Positions 1-8,162 of a DNA stretch of 64,000 bases are shown piece by piece. The notes under the pieces are model-generated. The model worked only from the letters and a program-made list of their open reading frames with translations, had not been told where the DNA came from and did no database searches. Numbering within the stretch: the stretch's first letter is position 1; each line of letters starts with the position of its first letter. Position numbers and translations under genes: made by a program. Source of the DNA: a virus; the IMG/VR virus record IMGVR_UViG_3300024255_000001, one strand, 5' to 3'.

Positions 1-1588
1 ATAAACCGTCTACAACTTCTTGAGCTTTTTCTTCATCGAATTCGTCACCGAATGCTTGTTGTAAAACTGAGAATGCATACTCTTTAAAATCTTCATCAGA
101 CTTTACTTCTGCTTCGTTAGTTGTTTCTTCTTCAACAAATTCTTCTGCGTTTTCTTTATCATCAGCATCAACTGCTTCTACGTCAAATTCTTCATCGCCA
201 ACTTTAAAGGTCTTTTCACCTTTTGCAATCGCTTCAGCTCTTGCAGCTCCGAATGCATTTCCTTCTTCAACATCTTCAGTTTCTTCAACAAATTCTTCTG
301 CGTTTTCTTTATCATCAGCATCAACTGCTTCTACATCATATTCTTCATCACCAACTTTAAAAGTCTTTTCGCCTTTTGCAATTGCCTCTGCTCTTGCAGC
401 ACCAAATGCATTTCCTTCTTCAACTTCTTCGTTTGATTCTTTAATTACTGGAAATTTCTTACCGTTAAACTCAAAGTCTTCAGCATCTTCTTCAATAGCT
501 TTAGCTCTTGCAGCTAAGAATGCATTACCTTCATTCATCACAGACTCGTTAGCCCAGATTAATTCAAATGCATCTACTATTTTTTGTGCTGGTTGAGAGT
601 AACCAAATCCATCTAAGAATACTGCCATACCTTCAACGATACCGATACCTGACCATCCAGCTGCATTAGCTAGACCGGAGGAATGTTCGTCTAATAGGTT
701 AATAATTGTTTTCTTACCAACAGGAATTGCCATGCCACCTAAATTATCAATGTCTACCATGATAGTACTAATCGTACCCCCTAGTGCTTTACTTACTGGG
801 TCTCTGTATGAGTGGAAGTTAGCGTCTGTTAGGGCTTCAGCTAATAAGTATCTACATGCTCCTAAAAAACTTTCAGAGTTTGCAATTGCAGAATGCTTCA
901 TAAAGAATGTATTTAAAAACTTAGAAACCTTCTTTGCGTCTCTTGCGTTACCTTTACTTGGTTTAAATGCTTCATTAATAATCAGTGACTCAAATGCTGG
1001 AATTAATTCTTTATCTCCATATACATCTGCCATATACCATTTACCATCTCTTTCATCAAACAAGTAAACGAATTCTGCTCCTGCTCTTTCGCTAGCATCA
1101 GAAATATAATCTTCGATTTTCTTAGCGTCACCTTTTAGAGTTGTTTTATCTCCGTAGAAATTAATCTTACTAGGATCTGCTTCCAAACCTGAGCCACCCC
1201 CTTTCTTAAGTAAAAACTTAACTGTTCCGGAATTCATGTAACCCTTCTTAATTGTAGGTAACATGTGGTCTGGATAACCATCGTAGTGCATATACACTGA
1301 CTCTATTTTTCCTCTTTTAGAAATAATACCAACTTGTGATCTGGTACCTTCTTCAATGATAGCTAAAGACTCAGATACTTCAGAAGCACCTAGCTTAGCA
1401 AAAAATTTGTTTCTGTCTTCTTCGTTTAAATCTTTTACAGATGTAACGCCAAACTCAGATAATAATGTTTCGAATTGGTAAGCTGACTCTGTACGAGCTG
1501 CTTTTTGTTCTTCTTCTAATTTCATTTTTGTTGCTTCAGCGGAAGCGTTAGCGAAATCTTCAAAAGACTGTAGTTTTAATGAACCCAT
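1..1588 (-). CDS. Modular acidic protein, putative internal head/core polyprotein (partial; runs off left edge)
   Basis: Not in the ORF track because there is no stop in the window. ATG at 1588, MGSLKLQSFEDF..., open to base 2. Contains a YMHYDGYP module, ES..E linkers and GNAFxAARAxAI repeats. GATATATA lies upstream. Confidence 0.75.
   Translation of the reverse strand, partial: MGSLKLQSFEDFANASAEATKMKLEEEQKAARTESAYQFETLLSEFGVTSVKDLNEEDRNKFFAKLGASEVSESLAIIEEGTRSQVGIISKRGKIESVYMHYDGYPDHMLPTIKKGYMNSGTVKFLLKKGGGSGLEADPSKINFYGDKTTLKGDAKKIEDYISDASERAGAEFVYLFDERDGKWYMADVYGDKELIPAFESLIINEAFKPSKGNARDAKKVSKFLNTFFMKHSAIANSESFLGACRYLLAEALTDANFHSYRDPVSKALGGTISTIMVDIDNLGGMAIPVGKKTIINLLDEHSSGLANAAGWSGIGIVEGMAVFLDGFGYSQPAQKIVDAFELIWANESVMNEGNAFLAARAKAIEEDAEDFEFNGKKFPVIKESNEEVEEGNAFGAARAEAIAKGEKTFKVGDEEYDVEAVDADDKENAEEFVEETEDVEEGNAFGAARAEAIAKGEKTFKVGDEEFDVEAVDADDKENAEEFVEEETTNEAEVKSDEDFKEYAFSVLQQAFGDEFDEEKAQEVVDGL
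128..424 (-). repeat. 153-nt tandem coding duplication (EEGNAFGAARAEAIAKGEKTFKVGDEE.DVEAVDADDKENAEEFVEE)
   Basis: Near-identical copies offset by 153 nt (128 vs 281; 252 vs 405), with a third degenerate copy near 455-533. Confidence 0.9.
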
Positions 1589-1625
1589 TTTTATTAAATT
1601 TATTTTTTAATACTTTACTATTGTA

Positions 1626-3134
1626 TTATATATCACCGTCAAAAGTAACATTTTTTACCTCAAACGGGAACTTCTGTTCCTTATAGATCTTTTGACGTGC
1701 TTTGGAATGTCTAATAAGATAGTTATCCCAATCTGGTGATGATAAGTCATCTACGAAATCAATGATATTTACCTCTGATTTTGTATGGTGTTTTCTTAGT
1801 CCCCTACCGATTGATTGTCTAATTATGACTTCCGATTTAAACGATTCGGTAAAGAAGATGTTATGTATTTTCTTAATCGAGATCCCTGTTGAGAACGTAC
1901 CATAAGAGGCAACAATGACAACCTGTGCGCCTGCTTCCATCTTCTTCTTGTATTCTTCACGGATGTCTTTGTCGGTATTACCATCCACATAATAGATGGG
2001 TTTGTCACTATCTTGGCGCAGTTTCTCATAAATTCTTTTGCCGTGTTCGATTCGGTGGAAAAGAACAAGGCTATTCCCACGTACTCTGGAAATAATGTTA
2101 CAAATGAAAGCCAAGCGCCCTGTTGAATTGATGACATAATTACTTTCAAATCTGAAAACGTCTTTACTTTCATATCTGTTTTGGGACATCTCATAAAAAG
2201 CATTCTTTGTGCTCTGAGGTGCATAATCCATTTTTATTACTTTCACATTACAACCTGCAATGTGACCTTCATCTTGAAGGAATGCCGCATTGACCTCTGT
2301 AATCACAGGGCCTGTATGTGCCATTAGGGTTAATCTATCTAACGTCTTTGCTTTTGGAATTGTCCCCGAGAGTCCAAATCGATAGTTTGCAGCAGTACAT
2401 TTGTGTAGAATTGTTTTAATAGAAGTAGACTTAGCCTTGTGAGTCTCATCGATGATTACAGCGTCAAACTGTTCAAAGTATTCTTTATCTTTCTTAACAA
2501 GAGATTGATACGTACCAATTACCATGTTTCTACCTGGTCTAATCTTTTGACCAGAATAGATCTGTTGTACCTTAATATTCGTTGCATTACGCCAGTTATA
2601 GTCCATAAAGTCCTCAGAGGCCTGTACAACTAACGAAACGTTTGGGACAATAAGTAATATCCTTCCAGCCTTGCCCTTCTCTAACATATACGCAATAGCC
2701 ATATACGTTATCAAGGTTTTACCAGCTGATGTTGCTAATTCACTTAGACATCTTCTAAATTTTAGGATATTATATGCTGCCTCGATTTGATAATCTCTTG
2801 GGTCTAATTCATGGCCATCAAAATAGTCTTCTGCCCACTTTGTAAACTCTTCTTGTTTTACCGAAGGATCGAATAGTGAAGTAACACCATTCATCTTTAA
2901 CTCGAACTTGTATTGTTTACACAAATCCATCACCTCTTTCCAAAGCCCAGATGGAATCCACTTATCATCCTTAATATAGGAGATATAGCCATCCCATAGC
3001 CCCTTCTTCACAAGAGGGTGAAAGCGCCAGTTTTCAATTCTACGATTAAATGTAATATTGAGTTGTTCTATTTCTAGTTCACTCGCATCATCAATACGCA
3101 GAAACTGCTTATTATCTGTTAAACTCAGTTCCAT
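1626..3134 (-). CDS. uvsW: UvsW-like SF2 DNA helicase
   Basis: PRDYQ Q-motif, ATSAGKT Walker A, DETH, GLSGT and QSIGRGLR motif VI; T4 UvsW size; next to uvsY. Confidence 0.92.
   Translation of the reverse strand: MELSLTDNKQFLRIDDASELEIEQLNITFNRRIENWRFHPLVKKGLWDGYISYIKDDKWIPSGLWKEVMDLCKQYKFELKMNGVTSLFDPSVKQEEFTKWAEDYFDGHELDPRDYQIEAAYNILKFRRCLSELATSAGKTLITYMAIAYMLEKGKAGRILLIVPNVSLVVQASEDFMDYNWRNATNIKVQQIYSGQKIRPGRNMVIGTYQSLVKKDKEYFEQFDAVIIDETHKAKSTSIKTILHKCTAANYRFGLSGTIPKAKTLDRLTLMAHTGPVITEVNAAFLQDEGHIAGCNVKVIKMDYAPQSTKNAFYEMSQNRYESKDVFRFESNYVINSTGRLAFICNIISRVRGNSLVLFHRIEHGKRIYEKLRQDSDKPIYYVDGNTDKDIREEYKKKMEAGAQVVIVASYGTFSTGISIKKIHNIFFTESFKSEVIIRQSIGRGLRKHHTKSEVNIIDFVDDLSSPDWDNYLIRHSKARQKIYKEQKFPFEVKNVTFDGDI
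1627..1634 (-). promoter_or_regulatory. Putative late promoter GATATATA
   Basis: Recurrent motif in the sense orientation upstream of structural genes; here 38 nt before the ATG at 1588. Confidence 0.7.
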
Positions 3135-3135
3135 T

Positions 3136-3558
3136 TTATAGTCCGTTTAGAGACAATCTATTTCTTATTGCAAAACCCATATTATCCAGAGTCTTCACTG
3201 AGTCTCTAAAGAATTCTAGTTGATTTTCAAGATGAGATAATACCATGTTCTCATCTGCTAGGTCATTCTCTAGAAACTTTTCTTTTTGTTTCTCGCCTAG
3301 TTTATAGTCGTAATTATAGTAGCGGATATACGCATCTCTATATCTAGCAGAGATCGCGGTCTTCTGTTCTCTTATCTTTACGTTTAGATATGCAATCTGA
3401 TCTACGCAGGTCTGTCTTGATGATAACACATTGGCTATCACTTCTTCCATTCCATCTACTTTCTTTAGTCCCCTTGCAAGACCTCTAATAGTATCAGACC
3501 ACTGTTGTCTTTGAGCACTCAACTTTTGGTCCAGTGCCTGAATCTTTTCTTTGCTCAT
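3136..3558 (-). CDS. uvsY: UvsY-like recombination mediator
   Basis: 140-aa helical protein with RYY..Y and C-terminal KTLDNMGFAIRN, resembling T4 UvsY; adjacent to uvsW. Confidence 0.7.
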   Translation of the reverse strand: MSKEKIQALDQKLSAQRQQWSDTIRGLARGLKKVDGMEEVIANVLSSRQTCVDQIAYLNVKIREQKTAISARYRDAYIRYYNYDYKLGEKQKEKFLENDLADENMVLSHLENQLEFFRDSVKTLDNMGFAIRNRLSLNGL

Positions 3559-3563
3559 ATTAG

Positions 3564-3591
3564 TTATATTAGAACAATGACTTTTTGTTTG
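3564..3591 (-). promoter_or_regulatory. Putative middle promoter CAAAC-N18-TATAA
   Basis: Matches the recurrent AAC-N17/18-TATAA motif; 5 nt before the uvsY ATG. Confidence 0.55.
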
Positions 3592-3778
3592 GATTTGACC
3601 TTACAAACTTAGCGGCTTTTTGGCCCTTTTTAAGTTTAGGTTTTTCCACAACAAAGTCTTTGCTCTCCACGTTAAACTCTTCAACATCAAAACCCACAAT
3701 GAGTTTATTGCCCTTAAATCTTTGGGAGTCCTTAAAAAAATCTTCTAATTTATCTTCCATTTCTTCTATACGTACCAT
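3569..3778 (-). CDS. Hypothetical protein
   Basis: 69-aa ORF packed between primase and uvsY. Confidence 0.6.
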   Translation of the reverse strand: MVRIEEMEDKLEDFFKDSQRFKGNKLIVGFDVEEFNVESKDFVVEKPKLKKGQKAAKFVRSNPNKKSLF

Positions 3779-4842
3779 AGATCTAATTCGCTTGATGTGA
3801 AATACTTTTCAATTTGTTTCCATGCATCTGATTTTTGCTGGTAACATACTTTCACCAAGTCGTTTAGGTCCTTGATATTATATGTATCTAGCTTAAAATC
3901 AGTAAGAAATTTAGACCACATAAATACTGGTCTACCCTTCTTTAGCTTCTCTGCCATTTTCTTTTTACCTGTAGTATCGTTATCAAACATATAACGTACT
4001 GTTGCCATCTCATCAAATTCTTCTGTCGATCGACCGGCAGTGGCCAATGCTAATGAGTTGTGCATAAACTTTGCGTCAAGTGGTCCTTCAAATAGAGTTA
4101 CTGGCTGTTGGAAATTAACCTGCATAATACCAAATAGCGTTGATGCCTTTGCAAGTTTATTTAATTCCTCTTGTGGTAACTCAAGTGGTTTATTCCACTC
4201 TTCATAGAGTTTAGGTAGATCATAAGTCAAATACCTTGACCCATAGCCTTTCATTCGTCTGGATTGTGCGCCGATAATTTTACCTTCCATTCCCTTATTT
4301 AAAATCCAAAGGCGATTACCTTTAGGGGAAAATAAGAACTCATCAGCTTTATTGTGTAACAGCCTATCTTTAAGCTGAAACCATATCCAGTCTCCTGGTT
4401 CAATTTTTTTAGCGCCAAATATCTGTTTAAACTCTGCTACAGTTAGTGCCTTCTCTTGGACGCTAGCAAGTGAGGCGTTTTGTAATACTTGTTCTTGACT
4501 AACCTGAGTCTTATTGGCTTTAATATAGTCAATAATAGTAAATGAGTCGCCTGAATTAGGCATTCTCACTTGATGGTCTTTTAATAGTCCATAAAGATTA
4601 GTATGGTGTGAACAATTGTAGCAATGATACTGAAGCGTATCCCAATACATGTTACCTCTCTTCTTGGTATCATCTTCATGGGAATCACCACAATAAGGAC
4701 ACGCCAGGGTTATACGCCCTGGCATGTCTTTAAGTAGTTGCTTGTTAGGAGTAGTATGATGTTCTACACAAACTTGTTTTAGTGCTACTTTAATTCTACT
4801 CTTAAGCTCCTCTGTTATTTGTATATTAGAGGTTGAGGTCAT
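3766..4842 (-). CDS. DNA primase (T4 gp61-like)
   Basis: Zn finger CPYCGDS...HCYNC; TOPRIM motifs FEGPLDA, FDND and KDLND. Confidence 0.9.
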   Translation of the reverse strand: MTSTSNIQITEELKSRIKVALKQVCVEHHTTPNKQLLKDMPGRITLACPYCGDSHEDDTKKRGNMYWDTLQYHCYNCSHHTNLYGLLKDHQVRMPNSGDSFTIIDYIKANKTQVSQEQVLQNASLASVQEKALTVAEFKQIFGAKKIEPGDWIWFQLKDRLLHNKADEFLFSPKGNRLWILNKGMEGKIIGAQSRRMKGYGSRYLTYDLPKLYEEWNKPLELPQEELNKLAKASTLFGIMQVNFQQPVTLFEGPLDAKFMHNSLALATAGRSTEEFDEMATVRYMFDNDTTGKKKMAEKLKKGRPVFMWSKFLTDFKLDTYNIKDLNDLVKVCYQQKSDAWKQIEKYFTSSELDLWYV

Positions 4843-5758
4843 TCAAGAAAGAATCTAAATCATCATCCGTGTTTGCCTTCGCTGGTTCTTCAGTCTTAGT
4901 TGCTGTTGCTGTTGCTGTTGCAGCTGCTACTGGAGTTGCTTCTCTCTGTGGCTCTGCCTTTGGAGCAGTTTTTGTAGCCGGAGTTGAAGTTACCTCTGCG
5001 ATAGAATCACCTGGATTTAGATACATTCTTAGAACGTTATTTACGAATGCTCTTGTGTCTTCATCCCAAGCTTTGTAGTCATAGCCTGCAAGTGAAGGAG
5101 CGCCTTCTAGTTCTGCTTTAATAGATGTCATAGTATCTTGAGATCTTTCCGCTGGAGAGTCTCCCATTACGATAGCTGATTTGTTAGCCGAGAATTTCGA
5201 CTTATCATAGTTATTATATTCACCTTGTCTTGTGATAACTAACTCAAAGTTCTTACCTTCGAAAAGGTCGAATACTTGTGTTGGCTCACCGAAATCAGGC
5301 TTCAATTCTGAGTCGATTTTCTCTTTGATCTTGTAACCAAACTTGAATACTTTGTAAGTACCCTCTAGTTCTGGGTTTTGTGGATCTTTAATAATTTTGA
5401 TAAGAGAATAATACTGTTGACGTCTCTTTAATTTCTCTGATGACTTACGGTCTACTGCAGAATCTGATTTTCTTAATTTCCAGAATACATCTGCAATTGG
5501 ACAGTGTTCACCAATTGTTTGAGGAGAGTCTACTAATTTACCATCTCCATTAGAGTTAGTTAACCAGTGTACGTACTTTTGAATCAGAGATTTTCTTGGG
5601 TTCTCTGGGTTTGGAACAAAACGCACTAGTGCTTTGTAAGTTCCGTCTTTGCCGTCATCGGCAGTTGGTTTGTAAACTTCGTTTACGGTTGTTCTTTCAG
5701 GCTGGTGTGTTTCCACATCTTCCACGCCTAAGTTAAAAATGTCAAATGAATCGCTCAT
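4826..5758 (-). CDS. ssDNA-binding protein (T4 gp32-like)
   Basis: ALVRFVP, CPI, IIKDPQNPELEG..VFKFGYKIKEKI, NYDKSKF and acidic tail DDDLDSFLNDL. Confidence 0.9.
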   Translation of the reverse strand: MSDSFDIFNLGVEDVETHQPERTTVNEVYKPTADDGKDGTYKALVRFVPNPENPRKSLIQKYVHWLTNSNGDGKLVDSPQTIGEHCPIADVFWKLRKSDSAVDRKSSEKLKRRQQYYSLIKIIKDPQNPELEGTYKVFKFGYKIKEKIDSELKPDFGEPTQVFDLFEGKNFELVITRQGEYNNYDKSKFSANKSAIVMGDSPAERSQDTMTSIKAELEGAPSLAGYDYKAWDEDTRAFVNNVLRMYLNPGDSIAEVTSTPATKTAPKAEPQREATPVAAATATATATKTEEPAKANTDDDLDSFLNDLNL

Positions 5759-5819
5759 AATTTTCTTTTAGTTGTTTAAAATTGTTTAATAATGAAATAC
5801 TTTAATGTCTTTCAGTTCC

Positions 5820-5847
5820 TTATAGTTGTACAATATACAATAGTTTC
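5820..5847 (-). promoter_or_regulatory. Putative middle promoter GAAAC-N18-TATAA (gp32/primase)
   Basis: Recurrent motif upstream of the replication genes. Confidence 0.65.
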
Positions 5848-6040
5848 AATCTAGTGTTAAAATAGCTGGACAGCGCCCAGACCTTGAGTCTGCAGGCAAT
5901 TCCTTCCAAGTCCCGTCCTCTTGCTTAATCAGCCCTGATTTGTGTAGCAACTCCTCACGTTCTTGCGAAGTGATTGCGTTGGCTTCCACCATTTGTTTGA
6001 GAATCTCATTGAGACGGAAGTAGTCCGCTGTTATCAACAT
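5846..6040 (-). CDS. Hypothetical protein
   Basis: 64-aa ORF with promoter motifs upstream. Confidence 0.6.
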   Translation of the reverse strand: MLITADYFRLNEILKQMVEANAITSQEREELLHKSGLIKQEDGTWKELPADSRSGRCPAILTLD

Positions 6041-6069
6041 GTCAATTGTACTTTTGTTTATTATACATA

Positions 6070-6096
6070 TTATATATCTAAATTTAGATTTGTTTC
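6070..6096 (-). promoter_or_regulatory. Overlapping middle (GAAAC-N17-TATAA) and late (GATATATA 6071-6078) motifs
   Basis: Both motifs share the TATA bases; the palindrome ATCTAAATTTAGAT lies in the spacer. Confidence 0.6.
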
Positions 6097-6158
6097 TTCA
6101 TAATATGTTAATAACTTTTTTGCAAAATAAGTGCATTAACATGCTAAAAAAATAGCTA

Positions 6159-6166
6159 GATATATA
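6159..6166 (+). promoter_or_regulatory. Putative late promoter GATATATA (plus strand)
   Basis: The motif flips strand along with the plus-strand GH17 gene it precedes. Confidence 0.65.
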
Positions 6167-6194
6167 ATACATAGATTAAACAAATTATATAGAA

Positions 6195-7175
6195 ATGACA
6201 GCTAATCAAATATTAGGAAACTCAGATTACCCGATGATCGCGTATAGTGGATTTAGAGGCAAGTCTAGAGACGTGGAACCAACCATGGAACAGATCAAAG
6301 AAGATCTACAATTACTTGCTTGGAGTGGATATAAAGTCGTAAAGACTTACGATCTTCAACATGAGTTTGCTTCAAATGTACTTAAAGCTATTAAAGAGCT
6401 AAAGGCTGAGAATGAAAACTTTGAGATGTATGTAATGTTAGGTACATGGATAGAATGTCATAATGCATGGACTCCTGAAAAAGATCACTCTAGGGGAAAT
6501 GCTCAACAAAATAATGATGAAATAAACAAAGCGATTGAGTTAGCTCATGAGTACTCGGACATAGTAAAAATCATATCTATAGGAAACGAGGCTAGAGTAC
6601 ATTGGTCTCATTGGGATTTTGTTCAACCAAAAGAAATTCTAAAGTGGATTAAAGTTTTCAGAGTCTATATAGATAGTGGTTATTTAGATTCTGATCTATG
6701 GATTACAAGCTCTGATAATTATGCTGCATGGGGCGGAGAAGAACAATATCAATCAGACGATCTTATAGAGTTAATTAATGCTGTAGATTATATTTCAGTA
6801 CATGTATATCCTTATATTACTATTGGAGATCTACCAGAAGGTATAGATTTAATAGAGAATACATTTAATACTGCTATAACTCACTTTATGAAAGTAAAAG
6901 AATATCTAAATGAAATTGGTGTTGATAAAGCTGTACATATAGGTGAAACCGGCTGGGCAACCAAAGCATCAAACTTCTTATCTGATATTTCTAACGAAGA
7001 AAACCAGGCTGCGTATCACGATGCTCTTAAAAACTTTGCAAAACATTCTAGAACTTCTATTTGTTTATTTTCAGCATTCGACGAACAATGGAAATGTGAA
7101 TGGGATGCAGACGATCATGAAAACAACTTCGGAATCTTTAACCTAGATAGAACTCTTAAAGGAGCAGGAAGATAA
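6195..7175 (+). CDS. Glycoside hydrolase family 17 (beta-1,3-glucanase/laminarinase-like)
   Basis: ISIGNEA acid/base, DYISVHVYP, HIGETGWAT nucleophile, FSAFDEQWK and ENNFGIF; no obvious signal peptide. Confidence 0.88.
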   Translation: MTANQILGNSDYPMIAYSGFRGKSRDVEPTMEQIKEDLQLLAWSGYKVVKTYDLQHEFASNVLKAIKELKAENENFEMYVMLGTWIECHNAWTPEKDHSRGNAQQNNDEINKAIELAHEYSDIVKIISIGNEARVHWSHWDFVQPKEILKWIKVFRVYIDSGYLDSDLWITSSDNYAAWGGEEQYQSDDLIELINAVDYISVHVYPYITIGDLPEGIDLIENTFNTAITHFMKVKEYLNEIGVDKAVHIGETGWATKASNFLSDISNEENQAAYHDALKNFAKHSRTSICLFSAFDEQWKCEWDADDHENNFGIFNLDRTLKGAGR

Positions 7176-7213
7176 TCTTACCAAACATCAACTAAAATTA
7201 CAGGAGGTGTCCT

Positions 7214-7399
7214 ATGTCATGGGACCACAGGCCTTGGGAAATGCAATCACGCCAACGCTATGAAATAGAGTGGGAAAGACGTGAGTTTAAACGGCTTGAA
7301 ATAGCTGAAGAACTAAGACTTGAAAAAAAGTTGAATAAAATTGAAACCTTTTCTGGGAAGTCGCATATAAGGCATGTCTTTAAGGCCAAAGAAAGATAA
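7214..7399 (+). CDS. Small charged hypothetical protein with strong SD
   Basis: 61 aa; AGGAGGTG at 7202-7209, 4 nt before the ATG. Confidence 0.5.
   Translation: MSWDHRPWEMQSRQRYEIEWERREFKRLEIAEELRLEKKLNKIETFSGKSHIRHVFKAKER
7343..7370 (+). promoter_or_regulatory. Putative middle promoter GAAAC-N18-TATAA facing a non-coding G-rich tract
   Basis: Exact motif match; no plus-strand gene follows. Confidence 0.55.
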
Positions 7400-7411
7400 G
7401 TACCATTCCAG

Positions 7412-7486
7412 GGCTGGAGGCAGAGACTAGGCTGAAGGCAGAGATTAGGACAGTTTTGGAGTCCCGCGGTTGAAGCAGAGACTTGG
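7412..7486 (+). repeat. G-rich 18-nt repeats GGCTG(G/A)AGGCAGAGA(C/T)TA x2 plus a degenerate third copy
   Basis: Copies at 7412-7429, 7430-7447 and 7468-7484, in an intergenic tract unusually GC-rich for this genome. Confidence 0.7.
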
Positions 7487-8161
7487 TTAGTCTGGCAAAT
7501 TTTCCCCAAGTTGCTGAAGCAAATAATGATTAAGGAACCAAGCATCGACTAGATCATCAAATGGTTTTGGAACCTTCTTAACCTCATCACCTATTTCATT
7601 TACACAATAATTAAATAAAGAAGTCTTAGCTAACTCTGGACTTTCTACTATATTATTTAAAAAGGCTACCCAAAGTGCTAACTTGTTCATGTTACCTTTA
7701 CCTGCATGTTTCTTAATAGTTGTGGGTGCAACGGTCAGTAAATTTTTGACCTCGAGTTGGCATATCATTTGTTCTTTTAGGATTGCAGCTCCTGCTGCCA
7801 TGTCAATCATATTATTAGTTCCCATCTTAGAACCATACGACGTACCCTCAAATGCTATGTGATAATCTTGTTTGCTGTTTGTTATGCTTATGATTAGATT
7901 AATAATATCATCCGCTGTTTTGATGTACCTCTTAATCTTTGCAAATTCGTTTTTGGAGTAATCCCCAACTGTTAAATGCCAATCGGGTTGGTGTACAAGA
8001 GTAACGTCTTTAAATAGACTTATTTCTTCTTGTCTCTTTTGTTCGGCTTTTGTTCCTGAACCAGCTTTAATATAGGAGATAAAGTGATATTCATTCGTAT
8101 CAGACTGCCAGACACAAATGCCAGGGGAATTAAGCGAGAAGTCAACAGTAACTAAATTCAA
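7487..8161 (-). CDS. RuvC-like (RNase H fold) nuclease / Holliday junction resolvase
   Basis: Probable TTG start at 8161. Motifs VDFSLNSPG, AFEGTSYG, PTTIKKHAGKGN and DDLVDA. Confidence 0.75.
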   Translation of the reverse strand: MNLVTVDFSLNSPGICVWQSDTNEYHFISYIKAGSGTKAEQKRQEEISLFKDVTLVHQPDWHLTVGDYSKNEFAKIKRYIKTADDIINLIISITNSKQDYHIAFEGTSYGSKMGTNNMIDMAAGAAILKEQMICQLEVKNLLTVAPTTIKKHAGKGNMNKLALWVAFLNNIVESPELAKTSLFNYCVNEIGDEVKKVPKPFDDLVDAWFLNHYLLQQLGENLPD

Positions 8162-8162
8162 A

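Noticed and set aside
732-1067. Plus-strand 111-aa ORF and the many other short antisense or nested ORFs in the track (e.g. 1823-2224, 12560-12970, 53507-53959, 56657-56929)
   Set aside because: They are shadows of longer genes with recognisable motifs; their low-complexity translations mirror repeats on the coding strand.
7214-7399. Small SD-led ORF as ribosomal protein bS21
   Set aside because: Size is similar, but it lacks the ALKRFKRK and F.KPS motifs.
7376-7490. GC-rich intergenic tract as a tRNA
   Set aside because: No cloverleaf, T-loop GTTC or acceptor stem could be built; no tRNA was recognised anywhere in the window.
7258-7545. 95-aa minus-strand ORF across the G-rich repeat
   Set aside because: It overlaps two other ORFs, has atypical composition and has no promoter or leader support.
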